In this document: piece after piece, positions 10,173 to 20,184 of the stretch | How the letters are laid out: each line of letters begins with the position of its first letter | Numbering within the stretch: the stretch's first letter is position 1 | NCBI GenBank assembly: GCA_022072455.1 | Contig: JAJVHY010000012.1 | Location: forward strand, 233,236-297,235 | Reading direction: 5' to 3' | Length of the DNA stretch: 64,000 nt | DNA from: Verrucomicrobiia bacterium | GTDB taxonomy: Bacteria > Verrucomicrobiota > Verrucomicrobiia > Palsa-1439 | Translations under genes and position numbers: made by a program | Notes under the pieces: model-generated | Told to the model about the DNA's origin: nothing | The model's input: the letters and a program-made list of their open reading frames with translations, nothing else | Database searches by the model: none

Positions 10173-10742
10173 CAATGCAGAATCCTCAGCACTGTTACTG
10201 GAGGAAAAGGGATTTACAGCAACGACTGCCGGTGGGTTCGACTCCTACGATTGTGGAGGTAACCAGATCCATCAAAAGCTTTATAAACCTAATAATCATC
10301 AATAGAACACCATGACGTACACTGACGCAGACTCCGAACTAATTCGTCTCACACAACTCCAGATCAACACAGGGGCAACTAGAATTAAGCTACCTAGGCA
10401 CTTAGTGGAACAAGTCAGCAATGAAGTTATCGTAGAGATCCGGAGACTGTGCAAGTTGAACGGTGTGACTGTCGAACTTAAGATGTAGCGTTAGTGAGCA
10501 TTCGACTCTCACGCTCGCAGGATAGATTTTCATGGCATCCTAATCTAGTTCATATTTCATCGTGACAATATTTCAGCGTGATAGTTGCCCGTCGTGAGAC
10601 ATTTAGTTAAACTGCCGCCTTTTCCAATAAGCCTGCCGTCGCAAGGTCGCTCGCTAAGATGTCCCGGAGCTTGGCAAGATCGCGCAACCACCCTATTATT
10701 TGTTCAAAGCTACTTCCAATTGCCACCCCATCCTCTCACACC
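10173..10742. other. low-GC (~45%) non-coding scar/island replacing the 3' two-thirds of moeA
   Basis: There is an abrupt composition drop and no ORF of 60 aa or more. One 58-aa ORF sits at 10312-10488. Confidence 0.5.
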
Positions 10743-12854
10743 ATGCTCGATTCGGCCCAACGCCACCGGCTTCTCGAACAGCACTTTGGCTTTCGGGAAT
10801 TTCTCGAAGGCCAGGAGCGCGTCATCGAAAACATCCTCGACGGGCAGGACACGCTCGTCATCATGCCCACCGGCGGTGGCAAATCACTCTGCTACCAGTT
10901 CCCGGCGCTCGCGCTCGAAGGCATTACCGTCGTCGTCTCGCCGTTGATCGCGTTGATGAAAGATCAAGTGGACGCGCTCACTGCGAAAGAGATACCGGCG
11001 ACGTTCATCAACTCCTCGCTGGCCCAGTCCGAAATTGACGCCCGCATCGCCGGCATGCAACGCGGGGAGTACCGGCTTGTCTATATCGCACCGGAACGGT
11101 TCAAGAGCGACCGGTTTACCAAGGCGCTGGCCCCACTCTCCATCGCGCTGTTCGCAGTGGACGAGGCCCATTGCATTTCGCAATGGGGCCACGACTTCCG
11201 GCCGGATTACATCCGCCTGAAATGGGCGCTCAAGGAACTCGGCCAACCCCAAGTCATCGCCCTCACCGCCACGGCGACGCCGGAAGTCCGCGCGGACATC
11301 ATCGAACAACTCGCGCTCGGCAAGTTCGGCCGGCAAGAACCGCAAATCTTCGTCACCGGTTTTGCCCGGCACAATCTCACGCTCGCGGTCGCCCACGTGA
11401 AAGGCAAGGCCGCCAAACTCGAACGAATCCAAGACATCATCCACCAGCACAAAACCGGCATCGTTTACTGCGCGACCCGCAAGAACGTCGAAAAGGTCGC
11501 CGCCGAACTAGGCGTGAAGTGCATCGCGTATCACGGTGCGATGACACCTGAGCAACGCAACAAGGCGCAGACCAAGTTCATGAACGGCGATTGCGATGTG
11601 GCGGTGGCGACGAACGCCTTCGGCATGGGCATCGACCGGGCCGACTTGCGCTTTGTCATGCATTTCGACATTCCGGGCAGCGTTGAGGCTTACTATCAGG
11701 AGGCCGGTCGTGCCGGCCGCGATGGCGAACCGGCCCACTGCGAAATTCTCTACAACTACGCCGATGTGCGGACACAGGAGTTTTTTATCGAAGGGGCGAA
11801 CCCGACGCGCGCCATCATCACCAGCCTCTACCTCTCGCTCCTGAATCTTTGCAAGCGCGGCCCGCTCACTATGTCCATTGACGACATTGCCGAGCAACTT
11901 CCCGGAGTAAAAAACGGGATGGCGGTCGGCAGCGCGTTGTACCAACTTGAACGGGCGGGCTTCATCGCGCGCGACTACGAATCCGGTAACCGCACCTACA
12001 CGACCCGTCTTGTCGAGCCGGTCAAACGCCTCGAAGACTTGCCGATTGACTTCGACCGGCTAGAAGCCAAACGCTCGCGCGACCTCGCCAAGCTCCACAA
12101 GATGATCGCCTACGCGGATCACCACGATTGCCGGCATAATTTCATCCTCGATTACTTCGGCGACACCGAGGCTAGTCCGCACTGCACCGTCTGCGACAAC
12201 TGCGTCACGCATACCGGCAAAACCGCGCCACGCCTGCCGACCGAAGCCGAAACGATCAACATCCAAAAAGCCCTCAGTTGCGTCGCGCGCGTGAACGGCC
12301 GGTTCGGCCGGGCGCGCATCGCACAGACGTTGACCGGCTCGCGCTCGAAGGAAGTCGTGGATGCCCGGCTCGATCAACTCTCGACGTACGGCCTGCTGTC
12401 CGCCGAAGGCTCGGATTACGTCTGGGCGCTGCTCGACTCCCTGATTCGGGCCGGCTGCATCGCCGTCGGTGGCGACCGCTACCCCACCCTCGCCATCACC
12501 GAACTCGGCCGGCAAGTGATGTTGAAACAGACCACCATCCCTTTGGCCATGCCGGCACCCAAGGTGGGAGCGACCTCAGCGCCGCGACCTGCTCGCAAGA
12601 AGACCGCCGACAAACCGGCAGCGGACTACGATGCCGGCGTCTTCGAGGCCCTCAAAAAATGGCGCCGGGAAAAAGCCGCCCAACAAGGCATACCGGCTTA
12701 CCTCATCTTCCCGGACAAAACACTCCAGGAACTCGCGCGCGTCTTACCGGAAGCGACGGCGGATTTGCTCAACGTGCGCGGGATCGGCCCGGCCAAAGCC
12801 CAGCGCTTCGGTGCCGAAACACTTGCCGTCATCGCCAACAATCGACCGGCGTAA
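10743..12854 (+). CDS. recQ: ATP-dependent DNA helicase RecQ
   Basis: Has PTGGGKSLCYQ, a DEAH box (AVDEAHCISQWGHDFR), Zn-binding cysteines and a C-terminal HRDC domain. Confidence 0.9.
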   Translation: MLDSAQRHRLLEQHFGFREFLEGQERVIENILDGQDTLVIMPTGGGKSLCYQFPALALEGITVVVSPLIALMKDQVDALTAKEIPATFINSSLAQSEIDARIAGMQRGEYRLVYIAPERFKSDRFTKALAPLSIALFAVDEAHCISQWGHDFRPDYIRLKWALKELGQPQVIALTATATPEVRADIIEQLALGKFGRQEPQIFVTGFARHNLTLAVAHVKGKAAKLERIQDIIHQHKTGIVYCATRKNVEKVAAELGVKCIAYHGAMTPEQRNKAQTKFMNGDCDVAVATNAFGMGIDRADLRFVMHFDIPGSVEAYYQEAGRAGRDGEPAHCEILYNYADVRTQEFFIEGANPTRAIITSLYLSLLNLCKRGPLTMSIDDIAEQLPGVKNGMAVGSALYQLERAGFIARDYESGNRTYTTRLVEPVKRLEDLPIDFDRLEAKRSRDLAKLHKMIAYADHHDCRHNFILDYFGDTEASPHCTVCDNCVTHTGKTAPRLPTEAETINIQKALSCVARVNGRFGRARIAQTLTGSRSKEVVDARLDQLSTYGLLSAEGSDYVWALLDSLIRAGCIAVGGDRYPTLAITELGRQVMLKQTTIPLAMPAPKVGATSAPRPARKKTADKPAADYDAGVFEALKKWRREKAAQQGIPAYLIFPDKTLQELARVLPEATADLLNVRGIGPAKAQRFGAETLAVIANNRPA

Positions 12855-12862
12855 TTTCGATT

Positions 12863-13822
12863 ATGCGCCTACTCCTCCTCGCCCTGCTGCTCGCCGGCAA
12901 CCTTTACGCGTACAATCCGTTGACAGCGACCGGCACCAACTCGATCACAACCCTCGACCTGACGGTGAAAGACTCCGCCCGGGGCCGGGAGATTCCGGTC
13001 CGCGTTTATTTACCGGCCGCGAAGTCGCCCGCGCCGGTCGTGCTTTTCAGTCACGGTTTGGGTGGTTCCCGCACCGGCAGTGCGTTTCTCGGACAACACT
13101 GGGCGGCGCGCGGTTATGTGGTCGTTTACCTGCAACATCCCGGCAGTGATACCGGTGTGTGGCACGACCAGCCGCGCGAAAAGCGCCTGGCCGCCATGCG
13201 CGAGGCCGCCAGTCTGGAGAATTTTCTTTTGCGCGTGAAAGACGTGCCAGCCGTGCTGAATCAACTGACAACGTGGAACAAGACGGCCGCGCATGCGTTG
13301 GCCGGACGGCTCGATCTCGACCGCGTCGGCATGGCGGGTCATTCGTTCGGGGCCGTGACGACGCAAGCCGTCAGCGGGCAACATTTTCCCTTGGTTGCTG
13401 AGAGTTACACCGACTCGCGCATCAAAGCCGCGATGCCCATGAGCCCGAGTACTCCCCGCGCCGGAAATCCCGCGACCGCGTTCGGTAAGGTGAAAATCCC
13501 CTGGCTGCTGATGACCGGCACGAAAGACACTTCAGTGATTGGAAATGCCACACCGGAGTCGCGCCGCGCCGTTTATCCGGCGTTACCGGCGGGGGGGAAA
13601 TATGAACTCGTCCTCGACCGGGCTGAGCATTCCGCCTTTACCGACCGGCCGCTGCCGGGTGACAGCGAGCGGCGGAATCCGAATCATCATCGCGCTATTC
13701 TCGCGATCAGCTCGGCGTTTTGGGACGCGTACCTGACCGGCAATGCGGAGGCGAAAACCTGGCTTGATGGGGCCGGCCCGCGCTCCGTATTGGAGCCGAA
13801 AGATGAATGGCAGCGGAAGTAA
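12863..13822 (+). CDS. secreted alpha/beta hydrolase (dienelactone hydrolase/PAF-AH-like)
   Basis: Has the signal peptide MRLLLLALLLAGNLYA and the GHSFG nucleophile elbow. Confidence 0.65.
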   Translation: MRLLLLALLLAGNLYAYNPLTATGTNSITTLDLTVKDSARGREIPVRVYLPAAKSPAPVVLFSHGLGGSRTGSAFLGQHWAARGYVVVYLQHPGSDTGVWHDQPREKRLAAMREAASLENFLLRVKDVPAVLNQLTTWNKTAAHALAGRLDLDRVGMAGHSFGAVTTQAVSGQHFPLVAESYTDSRIKAAMPMSPSTPRAGNPATAFGKVKIPWLLMTGTKDTSVIGNATPESRRAVYPALPAGGKYELVLDRAEHSAFTDRPLPGDSERRNPNHHRAILAISSAFWDAYLTGNAEAKTWLDGAGPRSVLEPKDEWQRK

Positions 13823-13828
13823 CCGCTG

Positions 13829-14977
13829 TTAAATCTTCACCCATTTCCGGGTCTGCGCGGATTTTTCGACGGCTTCCAAGACGACTTGGTTGGCGAGTCC
13901 ATCGGCGAACGTCGGTTGGACGCTGCGCTTATCCACGACGGCATTCACGAAGTCGGCCACCGTGTGCACGAAGGTGTGCTCATAGCCGATGATGTGGCCG
14001 GGCGGCCACCAGTGGTTCGCGTAGGCGTGGGTACCTTCGGTGACGAGGATGTCGCGGAAACCGCGCCGGTCGGCCGGGTCGGCTTCGTTGTAATACTTGA
14101 GCCGGTTCATGTCCTCGAAATCGAAATAGAGACTGCCCTTGCTGCCGTTGATTTCGACTTGGATGCCGTTCTTGCGACCAAGCGCGAAGCGGGTGGCTTC
14201 GAGATTGGCGAGCGCGCCATTCTTGAACTTGCCGATGAACATCGCGGTGTCGTCGACCGTGACCTTCCCCATTTTCTTCGAGCCGGTCGCGCTGAGGCCG
14301 CCTTGTTCGGTCGGCAACGGGCGTTCTTTGATGAACGTCTCCATCTGACCGCAGACTTCAGAAAATTCGCCGACGAGATAACGGGCGATGTCAATGATGT
14401 GGGCGTTGATGTCGCCGTGGGTGCCGCTGCCGGCGATCTTGCTCTGCAACCGCCACACGAGCGGGAAATTCGGATCCACAATCCAGTCCTGCGCATACCG
14501 GGCCCGGTAGTGGAAAATTGTGCCGAGGTCGCCCGCTTCAATCATCTTCTTGGCTTGCACGAGCGCTGGAATCCGCCGGTAATTGTGGCAGATCATGTTG
14601 ACGACGCCGGACTTCTTGACGGCATCGACCATCTGTTTGCCTTGCTTCACGTCCATCGCGAGCGGTTTTTCACAAAGGATGGCTTTGCCGGCCTTCGCGG
14701 CGGCAATGGCGATCTCGGCGTGCGTGTCGTTCGGCGTGTTGATGTCGACGATGTCGATCGTCGGATCGTTGACGACATCGCGCCAGTCGGTGACGAATTG
14801 ATCCCAGCCCCACCGGAACGCGGCTTGGGAGACACCGGCTTTGTCGCGGCCACAAATCATTTTCATGATGGGGCGCGCTTTGAGATCGAAGAATTTGTCA
14901 GCCTTGAGCCAGGCATTCGAGTGCGCCTTGCCCATGAATTTGTAGCCTATCATTCCAACATTGAGTGTCTTAGCCAT
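13829..14977 (-). CDS. Gfo/Idh/MocA family oxidoreductase
   Basis: Has an N-terminal Rossmann motif VGMIGYKFMGKAHSNAW and the EKP motif. Confidence 0.8.
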   Translation of the reverse strand: MAKTLNVGMIGYKFMGKAHSNAWLKADKFFDLKARPIMKMICGRDKAGVSQAAFRWGWDQFVTDWRDVVNDPTIDIVDINTPNDTHAEIAIAAAKAGKAILCEKPLAMDVKQGKQMVDAVKKSGVVNMICHNYRRIPALVQAKKMIEAGDLGTIFHYRARYAQDWIVDPNFPLVWRLQSKIAGSGTHGDINAHIIDIARYLVGEFSEVCGQMETFIKERPLPTEQGGLSATGSKKMGKVTVDDTAMFIGKFKNGALANLEATRFALGRKNGIQVEINGSKGSLYFDFEDMNRLKYYNEADPADRRGFRDILVTEGTHAYANHWWPPGHIIGYEHTFVHTVADFVNAVVDKRSVQPTFADGLANQVVLEAVEKSAQTRKWVKI

Positions 14978-15043
14978 GTGATGTCTCCCGTGGAAATGGG
15001 TTGAGATTTCGCTGCAAACATCATACACCGTGCGTCAAGAACC

Positions 15044-16126
15044 ATGAACCAATCCCACATTAAACTCTTCATTCCCGGCCCCGTCGAAGTCAGTCCCGAA
15101 ACCTTCTGCGCCATGAGCCAACCGATGATTGGCCATCGCGGCAGCGGCTTCCAAGACTTGTACGCGTCCATTCAACCGCAATTGCGGAAACTGCTGTTCA
15201 CGCAGAACCCCATTTTCCTCTCAACCTCCTCCGCTTGGGGCGTGATGGAGGCGGCAGTACGCAACCTTACCAGCAAGAAAGTGCTCAACTGCTGCTGCGG
15301 CGCGTTCTCGGACAAATGGTTCGATGTGAGCAAACGGTGCGGCAAAGAGGCCGACCAGATCAAAGTCGAATGGGGTCAGCCGATCCTGCCGGAAATGATT
15401 GATGCCAAGTTGAAGACCGGCCAGTTCGACGCACTCACGCTGATTCACAACGAGACATCCACCGGCGTGATGAACCCGCTCGCTGATATTGCCGCCGTGA
15501 TGAAGAAATATCCGGACGTGATGTTCATCGTGGATTGCGTCAGCAGCATGACCGGCGTGAAGATCGAGACCGACGCACTCGGCATTGACGTACTGCTGGC
15601 CGGCACCCAGAAAGCCTGGGCGTTACCCCCCGGCCTCGCCATTTTTGCCGTCAGCGACCGGGCTTTGCAGCGCGCCGCGACCGTACCGGGGCGCGGGTAC
15701 TACTTCGACTTTCTCGAATTCAAGTCGAACCACGACAAAAACATGACGCCGTCCACGCCGAGCATTCCGCACATCTACGGATTGAAATTCAAACTCGACC
15801 AGATCGAGAAGGAAGGCTTCGAGAACCGGCTCGCCCGGCATCTCAAGATGGCGACCATCACCCGCGACTGGGCCAAGTCCCGCGGCTTCGAGATGTTCCC
15901 GAAGGCCGGCTACGAAGCCATCACGCTCAGTTGCGTGAAGAACAACAAAAATATCGACGTCGCCAAACTGCAAAAGGCGCTCAAGGACAAATATAAAGTC
16001 CTCATCGACGGCGGCTACGGCCAGATCAAAGGCAAGAGCTTCCGCATCGGCCACATGGGCGACGAAACCCCGGCCACAGTCACCGAACTACTTGGCCAGA
16101 TTGACGATTGCCTGAAAACGCTGTGA
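15044..16126 (+). CDS. class V aminotransferase (serine-pyruvate/alanine-glyoxylate type)
   Basis: IPGPVEVSPETF at the N-terminus, a PLP-fold core, and a size of 360 aa. Confidence 0.75.
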   Translation: MNQSHIKLFIPGPVEVSPETFCAMSQPMIGHRGSGFQDLYASIQPQLRKLLFTQNPIFLSTSSAWGVMEAAVRNLTSKKVLNCCCGAFSDKWFDVSKRCGKEADQIKVEWGQPILPEMIDAKLKTGQFDALTLIHNETSTGVMNPLADIAAVMKKYPDVMFIVDCVSSMTGVKIETDALGIDVLLAGTQKAWALPPGLAIFAVSDRALQRAATVPGRGYYFDFLEFKSNHDKNMTPSTPSIPHIYGLKFKLDQIEKEGFENRLARHLKMATITRDWAKSRGFEMFPKAGYEAITLSCVKNNKNIDVAKLQKALKDKYKVLIDGGYGQIKGKSFRIGHMGDETPATVTELLGQIDDCLKTL

Positions 16127-16596
16127 ACCGCGACACCATACTCGCCGCCGTCGCCGCCTTGATGCACCACCGGTTCGACGTGACCGGCGAGTTTGATAAA
16201 AGTTTCGAGGGGCTGGTTGTTGATCTCTACCTGCCCGCGCCGTTGAACTGCATCGTGCAATACGACGACGCCCGGCACTGCACCCGGCAACGGGCATTGA
16301 CGTTCGCCGACTACCCAGCCGATGCCCCGCTCAACTTCGACGTCCGCCGGTACCGTGCCGACCAAGAACCCGGGGACACCGACCTCGCCCGGCAAGACGT
16401 GCTCATTGATCTCTTACCGGCCAAACACGGGCTGAATCCGACTGTGCGCATCCGGCACGATGAAGTCGCCGAGTTACCGGGAACGCTGGAAGAACGCCTC
16501 GCGGCAATTCTCGCGCGCCGGTTTGCCTACCATGCCGGGACAACGTTTCACTTGATGCTCGAAAACGCCGGCGCCAAACCCCATCGGACTTTATGA
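16108..16596 (+). CDS. hypothetical protein
   Basis: 162-aa ORF that overlaps the aminotransferase gene's end. The start is uncertain. Confidence 0.45.
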   Translation: MPENAVNRDTILAAVAALMHHRFDVTGEFDKSFEGLVVDLYLPAPLNCIVQYDDARHCTRQRALTFADYPADAPLNFDVRRYRADQEPGDTDLARQDVLIDLLPAKHGLNPTVRIRHDEVAELPGTLEERLAAILARRFAYHAGTTFHLMLENAGAKPHRTL

Positions 16597-17222
16597 AACA
16601 CTACCTGATCCTGACCCTCCTTTGTCTGACTGCTTGCCGGGCCACCTACTACGCCGCTTGGGAAAAACTGGGCCGGGAAAAACGCGACATCCTACGCAAT
16701 CGCGTCGTGGACGCGCGCGATGAACAGAAAGAGGCCTCCCAACAATTCAAAACCGCCCTCGAACGCATGAAAGAAATGTACGGCTTCGACGGCGGCAAAC
16801 TGGAAGCCGCGTACAACCGGTTCAAGGGCGAGTACGAGGATTGCGAAAGTCGCGCCACGAAAGTCCGCAGCCGGATCAAGGACGTGGAAACCGTGGCCGG
16901 CGATCTGTTCAAGGAATGGGAGCAGGAACTCCGCGACATTTCCGACCCGACCATGCGCGGCGACAGCCGGCGCAAACTCGACGACGCCCGCAGCAAGTAC
17001 GCACAACTGCTCACCACCATGAAACGCGCCGAGACGAGCATGAGTCCGATCCTGACCAAGTTCCGCGACAACGTGCTGTACTTGAAACACAATCTCAACG
17101 CCCAAGCCATCGGCGCGTTGAAAGGTGAAAGCGTCAAAATCGAAGGTGACATCACGCGCCTGATCGCCGACATGAACGCCGCCATCGCCCAAGCCGAAGC
17201 ATTCATCAAGACGTTGAATTAA
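16593..17222 (+). CDS. lipoprotein with coiled-coil (DUF2959-like)
   Basis: Has the lipobox LLCLTAC after the signal peptide and is rich in K/E/R helices. Confidence 0.6.
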   Translation: MKHYLILTLLCLTACRATYYAAWEKLGREKRDILRNRVVDARDEQKEASQQFKTALERMKEMYGFDGGKLEAAYNRFKGEYEDCESRATKVRSRIKDVETVAGDLFKEWEQELRDISDPTMRGDSRRKLDDARSKYAQLLTTMKRAETSMSPILTKFRDNVLYLKHNLNAQAIGALKGESVKIEGDITRLIADMNAAIAQAEAFIKTLN

Positions 17223-17233
17223 TCCGCGCCGTT

Positions 17234-17285
17234 GTAGCCGCACCCTTCAGGGTGCGTTCGGGCGCAGGCTAAAGCCTGCGGCTAC
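17234..17285. terminator. three-way junction/twin-hairpin structure between convergent genes
   Basis: An outer stem GTAGCCGCA/TGCGGCTAC encloses the hairpins GCACCC-TTCA-GGGTGC and GCAGGC-TAAA-GCCTGC. Confidence 0.4.
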
Positions 17286-17902
17286 ACCGGGCGACGGAAC
17301 AGAGTCGGATCGGCAGCGTCCGCGCGGAAACCGACGGCCTGCAAATACCGCTGGTGCGATTTCAGCACGCTGCGCGTCACCAACGTCTGCCCCCCCTGTT
17401 TCAACCACGTCTCCCGCAACTGCGAAAAAACAAACCCGGCATTCTTCAAATCCCGGTAGCTCGGGATCACGTAATCCATCTGGATCAGCACTGTGCCATC
17501 CGCTTGAACCTCGTACGCCAGCAACTTCACCGGCATGAGATTGCGCAACACGAATACCGACTGCGGATTCGCGAGTTTCTCCCAAGCGAATCCCGGGTAA
17601 TAGCGCTCGATGTCCGCCCGGTAAAACTCCAGAAATTTGTCGCGAAAAACCGATTGCGGGTGCAGTTCGGCCAAGGTGAAATAGTCCTGTTGCCGGGTCA
17701 GTTGGATCAGATGATAGATGTTGATCGCTACGATGAACCCGTTAAGCAACGCGACCGGCACTGAGTGCAGCAGCACGCCGTACGTCGTGAACACCACGCC
17801 GCCGATGAGGTTGAGCCAGCGAAGCCGCCAGATGTTCCCCATCATCATCGAAACCGCGATCAATGCCGAACCGACGTAGCCAATGAGTTCGATCCAATTC
17901 AT
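17282..17902 (-). CDS. YgjV-like inner membrane protein with a C-terminal soluble domain
   Basis: The N-terminal ~75 aa form three TM segments (IELIGYVGSALIAVSMMMGN...), followed by a ~130-aa soluble domain. Confidence 0.55.
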   Translation of the reverse strand: MNWIELIGYVGSALIAVSMMMGNIWRLRWLNLIGGVVFTTYGVLLHSVPVALLNGFIVAINIYHLIQLTRQQDYFTLAELHPQSVFRDKFLEFYRADIERYYPGFAWEKLANPQSVFVLRNLMPVKLLAYEVQADGTVLIQMDYVIPSYRDLKNAGFVFSQLRETWLKQGGQTLVTRSVLKSHQRYLQAVGFRADAADPTLFRRPV

Positions 17903-17907
17903 AAGCC

Positions 17908-18669
17908 TCAGTAAAACACCCGCCAGAGAAATAGTCCATGCGCCGGTGCTGTCTCCACCAACGCCGTCCTCTTCTTCCCGGCCATCACGGCGCGCAATTC
18001 CTCGACCGTCATCCGTCCCTCGCCGACTTTCACCAACGCCCCGACGATGCTCCGCACCATCTTGTAAAGAAACCCATCCGCACGCGCCGTCACCGTCAGC
18101 AAGTTACCCCGCTGCGTGATCGTCAACTTCGTCACGTGTCGAACCGGCGTATCGATCTCGCGCATCGGGTTCGCCGACAATGCACTGAAATCATGCCGGC
18201 CCACAATCAACTTCGCCGCCCGCCGCATCGCCCTGACATCCAGTGGCCGGGGATGATGCCAGGCATACCGGCGCAGGAACGGATCCGCGACGATGCCGGT
18301 ATCAATCTGATACCGGTACTCTTTCCCCGTCGCCGAAAACCGCGCGTGAAACTTTTCCGCCACGCCGCGCACGCCGGTCACCCGAACATCCGCCGGCAAG
18401 TTCGCGTTCAACGCTCGCAGGATCGTCAGTGGCGGGTGAGAAGTGGTTAGCGCCACGCTCGCGACCTGCGCCCGCGCATGCACCCCGGCGTCTGTCCGTC
18501 CCGACCCGTGGAGCGAAACCGGCTGCCCGACCAACTTGGCGAGAGCACCCTCAATCAACTCTTGCACCGAAGCCTGATTCGATTGTCGCTGCCAACCTCC
18601 GTAGGCGGTACCGTCGTAGGCAACAGTTAGTTTGTAGCGGCGCTCTATGAGCGCCGATGTCGTTTTCAT
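17908..18669 (-). CDS. truA: tRNA pseudouridine(38-40) synthase TruA
   Basis: LTVAYDGTAYGGWQRQ...GSGRTDAGVHA contains the catalytic Asp motif. Confidence 0.9.
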   Translation of the reverse strand: MKTTSALIERRYKLTVAYDGTAYGGWQRQSNQASVQELIEGALAKLVGQPVSLHGSGRTDAGVHARAQVASVALTTSHPPLTILRALNANLPADVRVTGVRGVAEKFHARFSATGKEYRYQIDTGIVADPFLRRYAWHHPRPLDVRAMRRAAKLIVGRHDFSALSANPMREIDTPVRHVTKLTITQRGNLLTVTARADGFLYKMVRSIVGALVKVGEGRMTVEELRAVMAGKKRTALVETAPAHGLFLWRVFY

Positions 18670-18685
18670 TATTCTCCGACGTCGG

Positions 18686-19102
18686 TCACAGACCGCCGCT
18701 ACAGTTCTGCGCATCGAGGTAACTCTGGAGCATGAGTTGCGCGGCGAGTTGATCGACTTTTTCTTTGCGGTCTTTCCGGCGGACGTTGCCTTCGAGCAAC
18801 ACGCGCGTCGCCTGTGCGGTCGTCAATCGCTCGTCCCATTTGACCACCGGTAAAGTCGTGGCTTCTTTGAGCGTCGCGATGAAGGCTTCGACGCGTTCTG
18901 TCTGCGGACTGGCCGAGCCATCCAACCGGCGCGGCAAACCGACAAGAATCTTGCCCGCCTCACGCTCTCCGGCAACGCGCAGCAATTCCACGATACTGGT
19001 CACATAGCCGATGGATTGCGCAATCGTCCCGGTCTCATCACTGATTGCCAGCCCAATCCGCTTCGCACCTTGATCAACGGCCAGTACGCGCATGTTCAGC
19101 AC
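18686..19102 (-). CDS. ruvX: Holliday junction resolvase-like RuvX/YqgF
   Basis: VLAVDQGAKRIGLAISD at the N-terminus, and a size of 138 aa. Confidence 0.85.
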   Translation of the reverse strand: MLNMRVLAVDQGAKRIGLAISDETGTIAQSIGYVTSIVELLRVAGEREAGKILVGLPRRLDGSASPQTERVEAFIATLKEATTLPVVKWDERLTTAQATRVLLEGNVRRKDRKEKVDQLAAQLMLQSYLDAQNCSGGL

Positions 19103-19113
19103 CCACCATTGGT

Positions 19114-19578
19114 CTAAAGTTCTCCAGCTTCCTTCAGCAAACGTGCTTTCAAGTCGGCGGAAACAAAGAAAGTCGTTTCAGCCTCCAGTTGGTCAAACGT
19201 CTCGCGCAAGGAACCGATCAGGCGGATGCGCTTGGCTTCCATCAGGACTCCGAGCACCCCAATGGCCCGCAGCCCTTGTTCGCGCGCCACCGTTCGACCG
19301 GCAATTTCATCCATCAACAGGTAATCGGCGTGAACTTCCTGCGCGAGCACAATCGCCTCAGCTTCACCGCGATCAAGGCGCGGCAACCAGCGCGTCACCT
19401 CCGCGGGATTGGCAACGGCTCGGACTCGAAAGAAATCAGGAAGGTCGTGGTGGTAGCGGCGCAGTTCCGCCTCAACGGCCACGGGGATCAGCACTTCGCC
19501 GAAAAGCGAACGCAGAAGTCCAGCTTGTCCAATTGAGATCAGCGCAGAAAGTGGGGACGTGTCACTGACAACGATCAC
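19114..19578 (-). CDS. PIN-domain (DUF3368) toxin-like protein
   Basis: MIVVSDTSPLSALISIG...EAEAI is typical of the DUF3368 PIN fold. It overlaps the upstream small gene by 4 nt. Confidence 0.65.
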   Translation of the reverse strand: MIVVSDTSPLSALISIGQAGLLRSLFGEVLIPVAVEAELRRYHHDLPDFFRVRAVANPAEVTRWLPRLDRGEAEAIVLAQEVHADYLLMDEIAGRTVAREQGLRAIGVLGVLMEAKRIRLIGSLRETFDQLEAETTFFVSADLKARLLKEAGEL

Positions 19579-19820
19579 GACACGGGATGCTCCCGGAGTG
19601 TGCGCAAATCGGCTTCAAACTCGGCCACATCGTAATTCATCGGTACTCGGCGCCGTCCCAGCACACGCATGAACTCCGGTTGGGAGACACCCGCAATGCG
19701 CGCCGCTTGACCGAGCGTGGCCCGGCGGTCGGCATAAAGCCCAACCGCCAAATCAAGCCGCCCTTGTTCGGGCGATAGATCCACACCGCGCAGCAAGTCA
19801 TCGTCAATGGCAATGTTCAC
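19575..19820 (-). CDS. UPF0175 family antitoxin-like protein
   Basis: 81 aa with an HTH-like C-terminus. Its pairing with DUF3368 is the canonical type II TA arrangement. Confidence 0.6.
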   Translation of the reverse strand: MNIAIDDDLLRGVDLSPEQGRLDLAVGLYADRRATLGQAARIAGVSQPEFMRVLGRRRVPMNYDVAEFEADLRTLREHPVS

Positions 19821-20184
19821 AATGGGAAACTACACACTTCCGAACCGGCACGCAAGTATCCACAAGTTCAGCAATCATGGGCATTTGCTCTCGTGAGTTG
19901 ATAAGTTGTCACAAGTCGTGTGCTGATCGCGATTGATGGTAGCGGAACGCAGGGCGAGTCCCCCGAGATAGTGCAGCCGGCCGCCGGCTTCAGGGATTGA
20001 CTGCGTCAGTGGGATGGAACGGAGATCACGGGTGGACCACATCCCGGCGGGTCGGCTGCGGTGGCCGTGCGACTTCATACTGGTGATCCTGTTAGCTGCG
20101 TTTATCGCGCTGGCGTCGGTGTGGGTCAATCCATTGTTCAGAAACCGTCAGCCATCACAATGATCAACTACCAGAACGCGCCTG

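Noticed and set aside
19821-20184. Possible tmRNA/tRNA in the 360-bp ORF-free spacer
   Set aside because: The minus strand ends in ...GCTACCA, but I found no convincing T-arm (GGTTCGAATCC-like), no acceptor pairing, and no tag-peptide reading frame ending in LAA. This cannot be supported without a covariance-model search.
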